Shown here: one piece after another, positions 9,972-18,854 of the stretch
How the letters are laid out: each line of letters starts with the position of its first letter
How positions within the stretch are numbered: the stretch's first letter is position 1
Notes under the pieces: generated by a model
What the model was told of the DNA's origin: nothing
The model's input: the letters and a program-made list of their open reading frames with translations, nothing else
Database searches by the model: none
Made by a program: the position numbers and the translations under genes
NCBI GenBank assembly: GCA_963719225.1
Contig: CAVRAY010000001.1
Span: 3,616,001 to 3,680,000 of the forward strand
DNA: 64,000 nucleotides
Source of the DNA: Thermoanaerobaculia bacterium
Lineage (GTDB): Bacteria > Acidobacteriota > Thermoanaerobaculia > UBA5066
Reading direction: 5' to 3'

Positions 9972-10862
9972 CTACGGCGCCGTCAGGATCGGGCTGAAGA
10001 CGAGGTAGGGGTTCACGACGAGCGCGCGCCCGGCGGCGGCCTCGTCGCGGAAAATGGCGAAGTGGAGGTGCGGCCCCCCGATGACGTGACCGGTCGCGCC
10101 GACTTCGCCGAGGCGCTGCCCCTTGACGACGCGGTCGCCGGCCTTGAGGCCCTTCTCGTGGCGCGCGAGGTGAGCGTAAAAGAAGGTGTATTTTCCGGTC
10201 GTGTCGCGGAGGTAGACCACTTTCCCGCCCCTCTTGTCGCGTCCGAGTCGCTCGACGACTCCGTTCGAGACGGACAGAACCGGGGTGCCCCGCGTCGCGG
10301 GGAGATCGATCGCGTGGTGTTTCTTGTGACGGCCCCGCCCGGACAGGAACGTGTCACGGAACTTCGCCCGGTCGAAGGCCTCGAGCGGGAGGGGGAAATC
10401 CGCCCTGAAGAGCGCCGCGAGCTCGTTCTCGGGGACCGAGACGGGACTGCCGTTCGTCTTGCGCACGACGAGGCCTGTGACCGTCTTCGCGAGGTTCTTC
10501 CAGAACGCGAGGCGCGCCGGGTTGATCGACGGTTTCCCGGAAGGTCCTTCCGCGGCGTTGTCGGAATCGTCGGGATCGTCCGGATCGTCCTCGAGGACTT
10601 CGGGATGAGCGATGCCTGCCTTCGGATTCGTGGAGCGCGCGAGCCATGCGACGTCCGCGGCATCGGCCGACGGGTAGCAGCGCCCGTCCTCGGGGTCGCG
10701 CGCCGGACAGGGCTTCGCGAGCGGCGCGCCGGAGGAGCCTCCGCCGGATGCCTCCGCGTCGGCGGCGGCGGCCCGCGCCTCGAGGAGCATCGCAACCGGG
10801 GAGGGTACGGACACGTCGCCCCCCGCGCCGAGCGCTCCGCTGAGGGCGGCCGCGAGAAGCAA
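9972..10862 (-). CDS. M23 family metallopeptidase
   Basis: HHAIDL (HxxxD), YAHL and PHLHF (HxH) motifs. Confidence 0.9.
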   Translation of the reverse strand: MLLAAALSGALGAGGDVSVPSPVAMLLEARAAAADAEASGGGSSGAPLAKPCPARDPEDGRCYPSADAADVAWLARSTNPKAGIAHPEVLEDDPDDPDDSDNAAEGPSGKPSINPARLAFWKNLAKTVTGLVVRKTNGSPVSVPENELAALFRADFPLPLEAFDRAKFRDTFLSGRGRHKKHHAIDLPATRGTPVLSVSNGVVERLGRDKRGGKVVYLRDTTGKYTFFYAHLARHEKGLKAGDRVVKGQRLGEVGATGHVIGGPHLHFAIFRDEAAAGRALVVNPYLVFSPILTAP

Positions 10863-10864
10863 GC

Positions 10865-11425
10865 TCAGGAAACACGCTCCAGGTAACCGTCGTCGCGCGT
10901 GTCGATCTTGATCACCGTTCCCGCCTCGACGAACTGCGGCACCTGTACGACGAGACCCGTCTCGAGCTTCGCCGGCTTGTAGGACGCCGACGCGGTCGCG
11001 CCCTTCATGCCCGGCTCGACCTCGACGATCTTGAGGTTCACGGTCGTCGGAAGCTCGACCGAAACCGGATTGCCGTCGTAGAAGTCGACCTGGATGACGG
11101 TTTCGGGCAGGAGGTACTTCATGGAGTCGCCCACGACCTCGTCGTCGAGACGGATCTGGTCGAACGTCTCCTGGTTCATGAAGTGATGGCCCTGGCCGTC
11201 CGAATAGAGGTACTGCATCTCGTGCGTGTCGAGGGAGGCCTTTTCGACCTTGTCCTCGGACCGGAACCGGTGCTCGTTCATCGCTCCGGATTTCAGGTTC
11301 CGAAGCTTCGCCTGGACGAATCCGCGGAGGTTGCCGGGGGTCTTGTGGAGGACGCTGTGCGCCCGGTGCAGCTCGCCGTTGTAGACGATGATCATTCCGG
11401 GGCGGATTTCAGTTGCGGAAATCAT
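10865..11425 (-). CDS. efp: Elongation factor P
   Basis: TPGNLRGFVQAKLRNL, MQYLY, KPAKLETG..VPQFV..G..IKIDTR..YLER. Confidence 0.96.
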   Translation of the reverse strand: MISATEIRPGMIIVYNGELHRAHSVLHKTPGNLRGFVQAKLRNLKSGAMNEHRFRSEDKVEKASLDTHEMQYLYSDGQGHHFMNQETFDQIRLDDEVVGDSMKYLLPETVIQVDFYDGNPVSVELPTTVNLKIVEVEPGMKGATASASYKPAKLETGLVVQVPQFVEAGTVIKIDTRDDGYLERVS

Positions 11426-11539
11426 TCATTCTCCAGAAGTTCCTTGGATTCCGCTCCGGCGCACGTAACAAGGGCCACGAGGGCGACCTGACCCCACCCG
11501 ACCTGCTGGCGGACGACTAGCCTAACCCAGGCTTCCCCG

Positions 11540-11576
11540 AAAAGACAAGCGGCCCGAACCTTCCAGCCCGGGCCGC
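11540..11576 (-). terminator. Probable intrinsic terminator after the OmpA gene
   Basis: GCGGCCCG/CGGGCCGC stem followed on the minus strand by TTGTCTTTT. Confidence 0.55.
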
Positions 11577-11601
11577 GGAAACGCCGGAAACAGACCCTTT
11601 T

Positions 11602-12438
11602 TCAGCGCTTCGTGATGATGAAGTGCGCCCTGCGGTTCGACGCGTAGGCCGCCTCGGTCGTGCCCGTCGCGAAAGGCTTCTCTTCTCCGACCGACGTGAC
11701 CGTCAGGCGGGCCGGATCCACACCGAGCTTCACCATCCAGTCGCGCGTGATCCGGGCGCGCTTCTCGCCGAGGATCTGGTTGTACTTGATCGAGCCACGC
11801 TGGTCGCAGTGACCCTCGATCGTGACCAGCGTGTCGGGATGATTCTGGATCCACTCGGCCCCGCGCTTGAGGCGCTCGTGATACTCCGGTTTGATGACGA
11901 ACTTGTCGTAGTCGAAGAAGATATCTTCGAGATAGCCGCCCTTCTGCGTGATCGTCACCATCTCCTGCTCGATCGGGGGCGGAGGTGGAGGCGGCGGAGG
12001 CATGGGAGTCGGAACCGGTGTCGGCTCGGGTGTCGGCTGAGGCGGCGGGGGCGCGCAGGTGAATTTCACGGAGGCGGTCTCACGGCGCTTCCCGTTCGCG
12101 CCGATCACCCAGGCGTTCGCCGTGTGCGGGCCCGTCGAAACGTTGTTGAAGGTCGCGGTGGGCGGAGTCGCCCCCGCCGGGATCGTTTGCGCGGCCCCGT
12201 TGTCGAGGGAAACCTCGTAGGCCTTCGGGGGGAAGTTGCAGTAGTCCCCGGCCACGGTCGTGACGGTCACGGCAACGGCCCGGCAGGCCTCCGCGGAGAG
12301 CGTTCCGCCCCCGGCAGGCGCCGTGACGCGGAAGGCGGGTCCGGTCGTGCAGGTGCACGCGACGACGAAGAGGGCTGCGAAGACGGCCACGGGGCCGTTC
12401 CAACGCCTAGGCGATTTCGGAAGAACAGCTGGGATCAC
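11602..12438 (-). CDS. OmpA/Pal-like peptidoglycan-binding lipoprotein with an N-terminal beta domain and Pro-rich linker
   Basis: GGAGG-GTG start and VVAC lipobox-like motif. C-terminal IFFDYD..IEGHCDQRGS..YNQILGEKRA..NRRA. Confidence 0.85.
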   Translation of the reverse strand: MIPAVLPKSPRRWNGPVAVFAALFVVACTCTTGPAFRVTAPAGGGTLSAEACRAVAVTVTTVAGDYCNFPPKAYEVSLDNGAAQTIPAGATPPTATFNNVSTGPHTANAWVIGANGKRRETASVKFTCAPPPPQPTPEPTPVPTPMPPPPPPPPPIEQEMVTITQKGGYLEDIFFDYDKFVIKPEYHERLKRGAEWIQNHPDTLVTIEGHCDQRGSIKYNQILGEKRARITRDWMVKLGVDPARLTVTSVGEEKPFATGTTEAAYASNRRAHFIITKR

Positions 12439-12463
12439 ATCGTCCTCCTGAACTTTCGGCCGG

Positions 12464-13948
12464 TCACGGCCGCTCGGGCTGGCGGGAATGCCGCTCGAGG
12501 CGTTGGACCGGTCCGCTGTCACCCTGGATGAGCGGGGGGTTGAACTGGGAGAACATCGAGGCGAGCTCTCGGGCGAACTCCGGAGTGAAGATCCCCTGGA
12601 CGGCCCGTTCGTAGTCCTGCCCGTTCAGCGGCGCGTAGGAGAAGGAGCCCGCGAGGCCGCCGTTCGTCCCGCCGTTGAAGAGATACGTCGTCAGGTTCAC
12701 ACGAGGCAGGTCTGCGTTGAAATTCGCATTGATGAAGGCGGTGAGGTCGTCCGCGAGGAGCGCGTATCCGATCGGGGTCAGGTGGAACCCGTCGTACGAG
12801 AACGCGCCGCCCGTCAGGAAGGAGGCGTTGATCGTGATGCCGCCGATGTCGAAGCCCGCTTTCAGGCGCAGGAGGAAATCGTTCGTGTCATAGAACTTGT
12901 AGCCGGAGGCCGCCGCGGCAGCCTTGACGGCCGCGTTGTAGTCGGCGAAGCGCTGCTTGAGGAGCGCGACGTCGGCCGCATAGATGAGAGCGCCTGGGTT
13001 TCCGGTGGCCGGGTCACCCGCAGCGGGGAGCGGTTTGTTGCAGTTTGGGAGGCTCGGCGCGACGGCGCATGGAATGCCGAAACCGGACGGCAGATACGCC
13101 GCCGCGTTCAGCGTGACGAGCGTCGTGGCGGGGATCGGGCAGGCCGGGGCGGCGCCACAGTTCTTCGGCCCGAGGAGCGGGATCGGCGCGCCGGTCTGAG
13201 GATTCAGGACGAGCTTGCCGCCGCTCGTGAGGAAGGGCGGGAGCGTCGTCGTGAACGGGATGCTCGTGACGTCGGCGACTCCGAACACGATGCCTTTCGG
13301 CTGCCTGGCCGCGAGCTTCGAGACCGCCGCGCTCGTGTCCGCCGCGAACGACGCGACCGGCGTGATCGTCACGCCGTCGATGAAGGTGCCGCTCAGCACG
13401 GCGCCGAGGTAATCGTTCCCCACGTTCTCCAGGAAGACGAACGTCGGATTGAGAGCGATCGCCTGGTCCACCATGGAGCCGAGGTGGAGGGCCGAGTTCC
13501 TGAGGACGAGATCGATCGTGTTGCGGCACGTGCCCGGTCCGACGGTCTGGGCGCCGGTCGTGGCGGTGAGCATGTCGTGGATCGCGCAGCCGCCGACCGA
13601 GAGGTTGTTGTAGGGGCGCGGCAACGCGAGGTTCGCGGGCGTGCCGGTTCCGGCCTCGGCCCCGAACGAGGGCGCGAGCGACGTGAGGATCATGCACTTG
13701 CCGATGCCGGGATCGTTGATGATCGGCTGCTGGTAGTCCACGCCGTTCGTGCGCGCGATGACGGCGCCCGGCGAGTCCACCTGGACGCGTTTCGTGAGGC
13801 AGCCGGCGGAGTAGCCGGCGCCTTCCGAGTCGCCGACCCAGGCCATGCGGGTGAGGTCGACCTGCGCCTGGGCGGTCGATGCGGTCGTGAGAGCCGTCAC
13901 GGCCGCCAGAGCGAGGGAGAAGCGGAGGAGGGAATTCAGGGTCTTCAT
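12464..13948 (-). CDS. Secreted SGNH/GDSL-family lipase/esterase
   Basis: Signal peptide; GDS(E), NNLSVGG, GNDYL and DGFH blocks. Confidence 0.8.
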   Translation of the reverse strand: MKTLNSLLRFSLALAAVTALTTASTAQAQVDLTRMAWVGDSEGAGYSAGCLTKRVQVDSPGAVIARTNGVDYQQPIINDPGIGKCMILTSLAPSFGAEAGTGTPANLALPRPYNNLSVGGCAIHDMLTATTGAQTVGPGTCRNTIDLVLRNSALHLGSMVDQAIALNPTFVFLENVGNDYLGAVLSGTFIDGVTITPVASFAADTSAAVSKLAARQPKGIVFGVADVTSIPFTTTLPPFLTSGGKLVLNPQTGAPIPLLGPKNCGAAPACPIPATTLVTLNAAAYLPSGFGIPCAVAPSLPNCNKPLPAAGDPATGNPGALIYAADVALLKQRFADYNAAVKAAAAASGYKFYDTNDFLLRLKAGFDIGGITINASFLTGGAFSYDGFHLTPIGYALLADDLTAFINANFNADLPRVNLTTYLFNGGTNGGLAGSFSYAPLNGQDYERAVQGIFTPEFARELASMFSQFNPPLIQGDSGPVQRLERHSRQPERP

Positions 13949-13965
13949 GGTCTTCTTGTGCTCCC

Positions 13966-15267
13966 TCAGAACGTCGACTTGATGGTGACGCTCGGCAGGA
14001 TCGCGAACGTGTTATAGGTGGCGCTGAAGTTGTCCTTGCTCGTCGTGATCGTCCTCTCGTGGAACCAGAGGAAGAGGCTCGAGAACTGGAATTCGAAGTG
14101 CTTCGAGACGGCGATCCCCGCTCCGATCGTGCCGCCCGTGCGGTTCGCGTCCGGCAGGAACGGCCCGGCGTCGGCATCGGGCTGCGGCGTCTGGTCGTAG
14201 ACGAAGCCGCCCGCGACCCAGCTCGAGCCCATCCTGTAGGTCAGGCCCGCTCGAATGGCCCACGTGTTCTCCCACCCGTGCGTCAGGACCGAGTCGGGAA
14301 GCCCTTCGATCCGGAGAACGGTCTGGTCGAAGACCTTCCACGTCGTGTAGTTCCCGTCAGCCTCGAGCGTCAGATTCGGCGTGACGTCGTACGCGATGCC
14401 GAACATCGTGACGGAGGGGAACTGGATCGTCGTCCGGGCCGGCACGTGCCTGTGGAAGGGCAGCGACTGCCTCACCGCGGCGTCGAACTGGGCGTTCCCC
14501 GTGGAAATCTGTCCGAAATCCGCCGGCCCCTCGAGGTCGACGTCCATGTGCGAGTGATAGGAGACGCCGAACCGTAAGCGCTCGCAGGGCTTGACGAGTA
14601 GACCCGCGGCGAGCCCAGCCTTGATCGGCGTCCCCTCGGACACGATGCTCACGTGTGCGATGTCCACGACGCGCTGCGTGAACGGATTCACGGCGGAGAC
14701 GTTTCGGCTGAGCTGCACGTCCGTGAAGCGGACCTCGGGGCCGCCTCCGATCGCGAGCCAGTCCGTCAGCTTGAAGGCGAGCTGGACGGACACCGCGAGC
14801 TGGCGCAGGTCGACACGCTGATTGAGGTAACGGCCCGCAAACGTTTCGGGGTCCTGCCAGGGCACGCCGAGGCCGTTCGGCGACCAGAATCCGCCCGAGA
14901 GCTTCACGCTGTCGCTCAGCGGAAGCACGAGGTACCCGTGTCCGATCGCGTAGAGCGTCTTCCTCATGTTCGTCGAGTAGCCGTCGCCCGGGTACGGGCT
15001 GAGGCCGTCGAGGTGGGCGGTGGGCCGGAGGATGACGAACCCGCCGCCCTCCAGGGTGAAGTGATCGACGAAGGCGTTTCCGGCGGGGTTGAAGAACATC
15101 GCCGAAGGGTCGTCTGCCGTGGCGGTGAAGGCCCCGCCCACCGCGTTACCTTTGGAGCCCTGCTCGAAGAGAGCGAAGCCCGCCGCCTCGAGGCGGCCCG
15201 CCGACCCGGCGGCCACGAGGCCGACGAGCACACAAGCCGTCAGCCGGTTGCGAATCGATTTGAACAC
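13966..15267 (-). CDS. fadL: FadL/OmpP1/TodX outer-membrane long-chain fatty acid transporter
   Basis: AAGFALFEQG..A.GGA..A.ADDPSAMFFNPAG hatch motif, LPDANR, terminal Phe; AAGGAGG-GTG start. Confidence 0.88.
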   Translation of the reverse strand: MFKSIRNRLTACVLVGLVAAGSAGRLEAAGFALFEQGSKGNAVGGAFTATADDPSAMFFNPAGNAFVDHFTLEGGGFVILRPTAHLDGLSPYPGDGYSTNMRKTLYAIGHGYLVLPLSDSVKLSGGFWSPNGLGVPWQDPETFAGRYLNQRVDLRQLAVSVQLAFKLTDWLAIGGGPEVRFTDVQLSRNVSAVNPFTQRVVDIAHVSIVSEGTPIKAGLAAGLLVKPCERLRFGVSYHSHMDVDLEGPADFGQISTGNAQFDAAVRQSLPFHRHVPARTTIQFPSVTMFGIAYDVTPNLTLEADGNYTTWKVFDQTVLRIEGLPDSVLTHGWENTWAIRAGLTYRMGSSWVAGGFVYDQTPQPDADAGPFLPDANRTGGTIGAGIAVSKHFEFQFSSLFLWFHERTITTSKDNFSATYNTFAILPSVTIKSTF

Positions 15268-15385
15268 CGGTTCCTCCTTCACGTCACACTGAGAAGCGAA
15301 GCTGATTGTTGACATTCTGACAGATAACGCGGATTTTTTTGCCGGGACGCGGGAGAGTCAAGCTCTATCTGGAAGCGAATCATTC

Positions 15386-17200
15386 TCATTGCGAATCGCG
15401 CGTGCGTGAAGCCAGGAAACCCACCGCGACGGCGCCCGGGCCCGCATGAGCGGCGAGAGCCGGTGCGACTTCAACGAGAAACGCATCCGAGCCCGGGCGG
15501 CGCGAGAGGAGCTCTTCCGCGATGCGGCCTGCGAGCCGCGACGCCTCGAAGTGGGCGACGCCCCACGTCGGCGACGCGAGACCGCGGGTCCTCGCGAGAG
15601 CCTTCTCGACGAGCTTCGCGCATGCCCTTGGAAAGCCGCGGGAAGCACCGCCGGCCCGGGGGCGCCCCGTGCGGTCGAGCGTCAGGAGCGGGACGACGCC
15701 CAACGCCCTGGCGAGAGCGCGTTGGCCCGCCGTGACGCGCCCCCCCGCGACGAGCGTGTCGAGCGACGGCACCGCCGCGTAGAGGCGCGCCCGCGAGACC
15801 GCGCCCGAGGCCACGACAATCGTCTCGGCGTGCGTCGCGCCGTTTCGCGCGGCGCGCGCGGCCTCCCGCACGACGAGACCCTGCCCGACGGAGACGTTCC
15901 TCGAGTCGAGGACGGCGACCGGCGCGAAACCCCCCTCGGCGCGGAGCGAGGCCGCGGCCGTGCGGGCCGCGGAGAAGGTGCCCGAGAGCGCGCCCGCGAC
16001 GTGGATCCCGAGCACGGGAGCGCCGTGGGCCGCGAGCGCGCCGTAGACCTCGCGAAAATCCGCGGGCGGAGGCTGGGACGTCTTCGCCACGAACCGGCCT
16101 TCGGCGAGCCGCCGGTGGAACTCGGCCGGGGTGATCGTGACCTTGTCGAGGAAGGTCTCGTCGCCCAGGATGAGCCGGAGCGGCACCACCGTGATCCCCT
16201 CCGACTCGAGATCCGCGTCCGGCAGGTCGCACGCGGAATCCGTCACGACCGCGACGCGGCCTCGTGCGGCGAAGCGGCCCAGGTGCTGCGCGCGCATGTC
16301 CTCGATCTTCGTTTCGCCGACGTCGCCGAAGCGGCGGACGACGTCGAGCGCATCCTCGGGCCGGTTCACGTGGACGTGAACGCGCAGGCGCGACGAGCCG
16401 CCCACGACCGCGATCGAATCGCCGAGCGGCGCGAGGGCGCGGCGCAGGGCGTCGCGGTCGAGCCGCGGTCCCGTCACGAGGGCCTCCGTGCAGTAGCGAA
16501 ACAGGATCGACTCGCGTGCCTCGCGGATCCGCGCCTCGACGCGATCCTCGGGGGGCGGGGCGGGAGCAGGCTTCCCGCGGCCGAATGCCGCCAGAGCCCC
16601 TTCGATAAGGAAGACGAATCCCTGCGCGCCCGCGTCCACGACGCCCGCGCGGCGCAGGACCTCGAGCTGGTCCTTCGTCCGAAGAAGGGCGCGTTTCGCT
16701 TCCGCCGCCGCGAGGGGAAGCAGGACTGCAAAGTCGGCCGTTTCGGGTGCGCGCCGGGCGGCTTCTTCCGCGAAAGCGGCGACGACGCTCAGAATCGTGC
16801 CCTCGCGCGGCTGCGCCATGGCCTCCCGCGCGGCGGTGGCGCCCGCAGCGGCCGCGGCTCCGAATTCCCGCGTCGAGAGCCGCGGCGCGCCGGAGACGGC
16901 CGCGGCGAATCCCTCGAGGAGCTGCGCGAGGATCGCGCCGGAATTCCCCCGCGATCCCATGAGCGCCTCGTCCGCCACAAGGCGCGAAACGCGTCTAATG
17001 TCCCTTACGCGCGACCCGGCGACCGCCGCAGAAACGCGCGCAAGGGTCGCGGCGAGGTTCGAGCCCGTGTCGTTGTCGGCGACGGGAAACACGTTGATGC
17101 GGTCCAGCTCCGCGCGCTCGGCGGCGACGGCGCGGGCACCCGCCACGAGGGCGCGCGCAAGGCGCCGCCCGTCCAGGTACGCGACGCGGACGCGGGGCAT
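15386..17200 (-). CDS. DAK2-DegV fusion (FakA/FakB-like fatty acid kinase)
   Basis: INVFPVADNDTGSN, SRGNSG and GVVDAGA (DAK2); VVTDSACDL, KTSQP, ALSGT and HAGPG (DegV). Confidence 0.9.
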   Translation of the reverse strand: MPRVRVAYLDGRRLARALVAGARAVAAERAELDRINVFPVADNDTGSNLAATLARVSAAVAGSRVRDIRRVSRLVADEALMGSRGNSGAILAQLLEGFAAAVSGAPRLSTREFGAAAAAGATAAREAMAQPREGTILSVVAAFAEEAARRAPETADFAVLLPLAAAEAKRALLRTKDQLEVLRRAGVVDAGAQGFVFLIEGALAAFGRGKPAPAPPPEDRVEARIREARESILFRYCTEALVTGPRLDRDALRRALAPLGDSIAVVGGSSRLRVHVHVNRPEDALDVVRRFGDVGETKIEDMRAQHLGRFAARGRVAVVTDSACDLPDADLESEGITVVPLRLILGDETFLDKVTITPAEFHRRLAEGRFVAKTSQPPPADFREVYGALAAHGAPVLGIHVAGALSGTFSAARTAAASLRAEGGFAPVAVLDSRNVSVGQGLVVREAARAARNGATHAETIVVASGAVSRARLYAAVPSLDTLVAGGRVTAGQRALARALGVVPLLTLDRTGRPRAGGASRGFPRACAKLVEKALARTRGLASPTWGVAHFEASRLAGRIAEELLSRRPGSDAFLVEVAPALAAHAGPGAVAVGFLASRTRDSQ

Positions 17201-17318
17201 TCAGAGAATTCTAGTGAGAAGAGAAGATTTTCTCAGAAGGTAAAGATACAGATGGCCCAGCAAACTGCGGCGCCAAATATTCACTTTCTAAGAAATCTTT
17301 TTCCCTCTTTCTCTCTCT

Positions 17319-18854
17319 TTACTTGACCGGCGCCCTGAGGACCGGAGCGAAGTTTCCGTGTTTCGAGGCTTCGCGCGCCGTCGCCGCGTCGTCGAGCCGG
17401 CCGACCGGGGTCGTGTGCGGAGCGGACGTGACGATGCCCGGTGACTCTTCGCACTCCTTCGCGATCGCGATCATCGCGTCCGCGAACGCGTCGAGCTCGT
17501 CCTTCCCCTCGGACTCGGTCGGCTCGATCATGAGCGCGCCAGGCACGATGAGCGGAAACGACATCGTGGGCGGATGGAAGCCGAAATCCATGAGGCGCTT
17601 GGCGATGTCGATGTTGTGCACGCCCATCGCCGCCTGGCGGTGGTCCGAGAAGACGATCTCGTGGAAGCTCGGCGCGTCGTACTTCAGGTGATAGAAGGGC
17701 TCGAGCCGCTTGCGCAGGTAGTTCGCGTTCAGGACGGCGTTCTCGGCCACCTCGTGGATCGAGTTCCCGTAGGAGAGGATGTACGTGAGGGCCCTTACGA
17801 GGACGCCAAAGTTTCCGTAGAACGCGCGCATCTTCCCGATCGAGTCGGGCCGGTCGTAGTCCAGCCGGAACCCCTCCCCCGCCCGCTCGACCGTGGGCAC
17901 GGGAAGGAAGGGCACGAGGGACGCGCCCACGCCGACGGGACCCGCTCCCGGACCGCCGCCGCCGTGCGGGGTCGAGAACGTCTTGTGCAGGTTCATGTGC
18001 ATGACGTCGACGCCCATGTCGGCCGGCCGCACCTTGCCCACGAACGCGTTGAAGTTCGCGCCGTCGAGGTAGAGGTACGCGCCCTTCCCGTGCACGATCT
18101 TCGCGACGTCGAGGATCCGTTCCTCGAAGACCCCGAGCGTGTTCGGCACGGTGATCATGAGGGCGGCGACGTCGTCGGTGACCTTTGCTTCGAGCTCGGA
18201 AAGGTCGACCGTCCCCCGCCGGGACGATCCGAGCTCGACGACCGAGTAACCCGCGAAATGGGCGGTCGCGGGATTCGTGCCGTGCGCGGAGTCGGGCACG
18301 AGAACGTGCTTGCGCGCGTTGCCCGCCTTCACGTGCGCGGCGCGAATCATGAGGGCGCCCGCGAGCTCGCCGTTAGCGCCCGCAGAAGGCTGGAGCGTGA
18401 CGCGCGCGAATCCCGTGAGCGTCTTCAGCGCCTCCTCGAGCCGGAAGAGCAGCTCGAGATTGCCCTGCGAGAGGTGCTCGGGGGCGTAGGGATGCGTGTC
18501 GTTGAAGCCGGGGAGCCGCGCGATCTCCTCGTTGATCCTCGGGTTGTGCTTCATCGTGCACGACCCGAGCGAGTAGAGCGCCGTGTCGATCGCGAAGTTC
18601 AGCTGCGAGAGGCGCGTGAAGTGCCTCACGACGTCGACTTCGGAGGCTTCCACCTCGCCCTCGACGACCGGGCGGTGCTCTTTCCCATAGAGGGCGGCCG
18701 GATCGGCCTCGGGCACGTCGAGCGGCGGGAAGAGCACGCCGACACGCCCAGCACGGGGGGCGTCGAAGAGTGAGCCGAAACGCCGCCGCCGGTCGAGGCG
18801 GGCGTCGGCGCGCACGAGGGGCTCCGGAGAGGTGAGTGTGCCGTGATCGCTCAT
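17319..18854 (-). CDS. gcvPB: Glycine dehydrogenase subunit 2
   Basis: LGSCTMKHNP, DSAHGTNPA, NLHKTFSTPHGGGGPG; TGATG coupling to gcvPA. Confidence 0.95.
   Translation of the reverse strand: MSDHGTLTSPEPLVRADARLDRRRRFGSLFDAPRAGRVGVLFPPLDVPEADPAALYGKEHRPVVEGEVEASEVDVVRHFTRLSQLNFAIDTALYSLGSCTMKHNPRINEEIARLPGFNDTHPYAPEHLSQGNLELLFRLEEALKTLTGFARVTLQPSAGANGELAGALMIRAAHVKAGNARKHVLVPDSAHGTNPATAHFAGYSVVELGSSRRGTVDLSELEAKVTDDVAALMITVPNTLGVFEERILDVAKIVHGKGAYLYLDGANFNAFVGKVRPADMGVDVMHMNLHKTFSTPHGGGGPGAGPVGVGASLVPFLPVPTVERAGEGFRLDYDRPDSIGKMRAFYGNFGVLVRALTYILSYGNSIHEVAENAVLNANYLRKRLEPFYHLKYDAPSFHEIVFSDHRQAAMGVHNIDIAKRLMDFGFHPPTMSFPLIVPGALMIEPTESEGKDELDAFADAMIAIAKECEESPGIVTSAPHTTPVGRLDDAATAREASKHGNFAPVLRAPVK

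Noticed and set aside
11426-11601. Possible SRP RNA or other ncRNA upstream of efp
   Set aside because: Lacks the SRP helix-8 consensus; a terminator plus promoter explains it.
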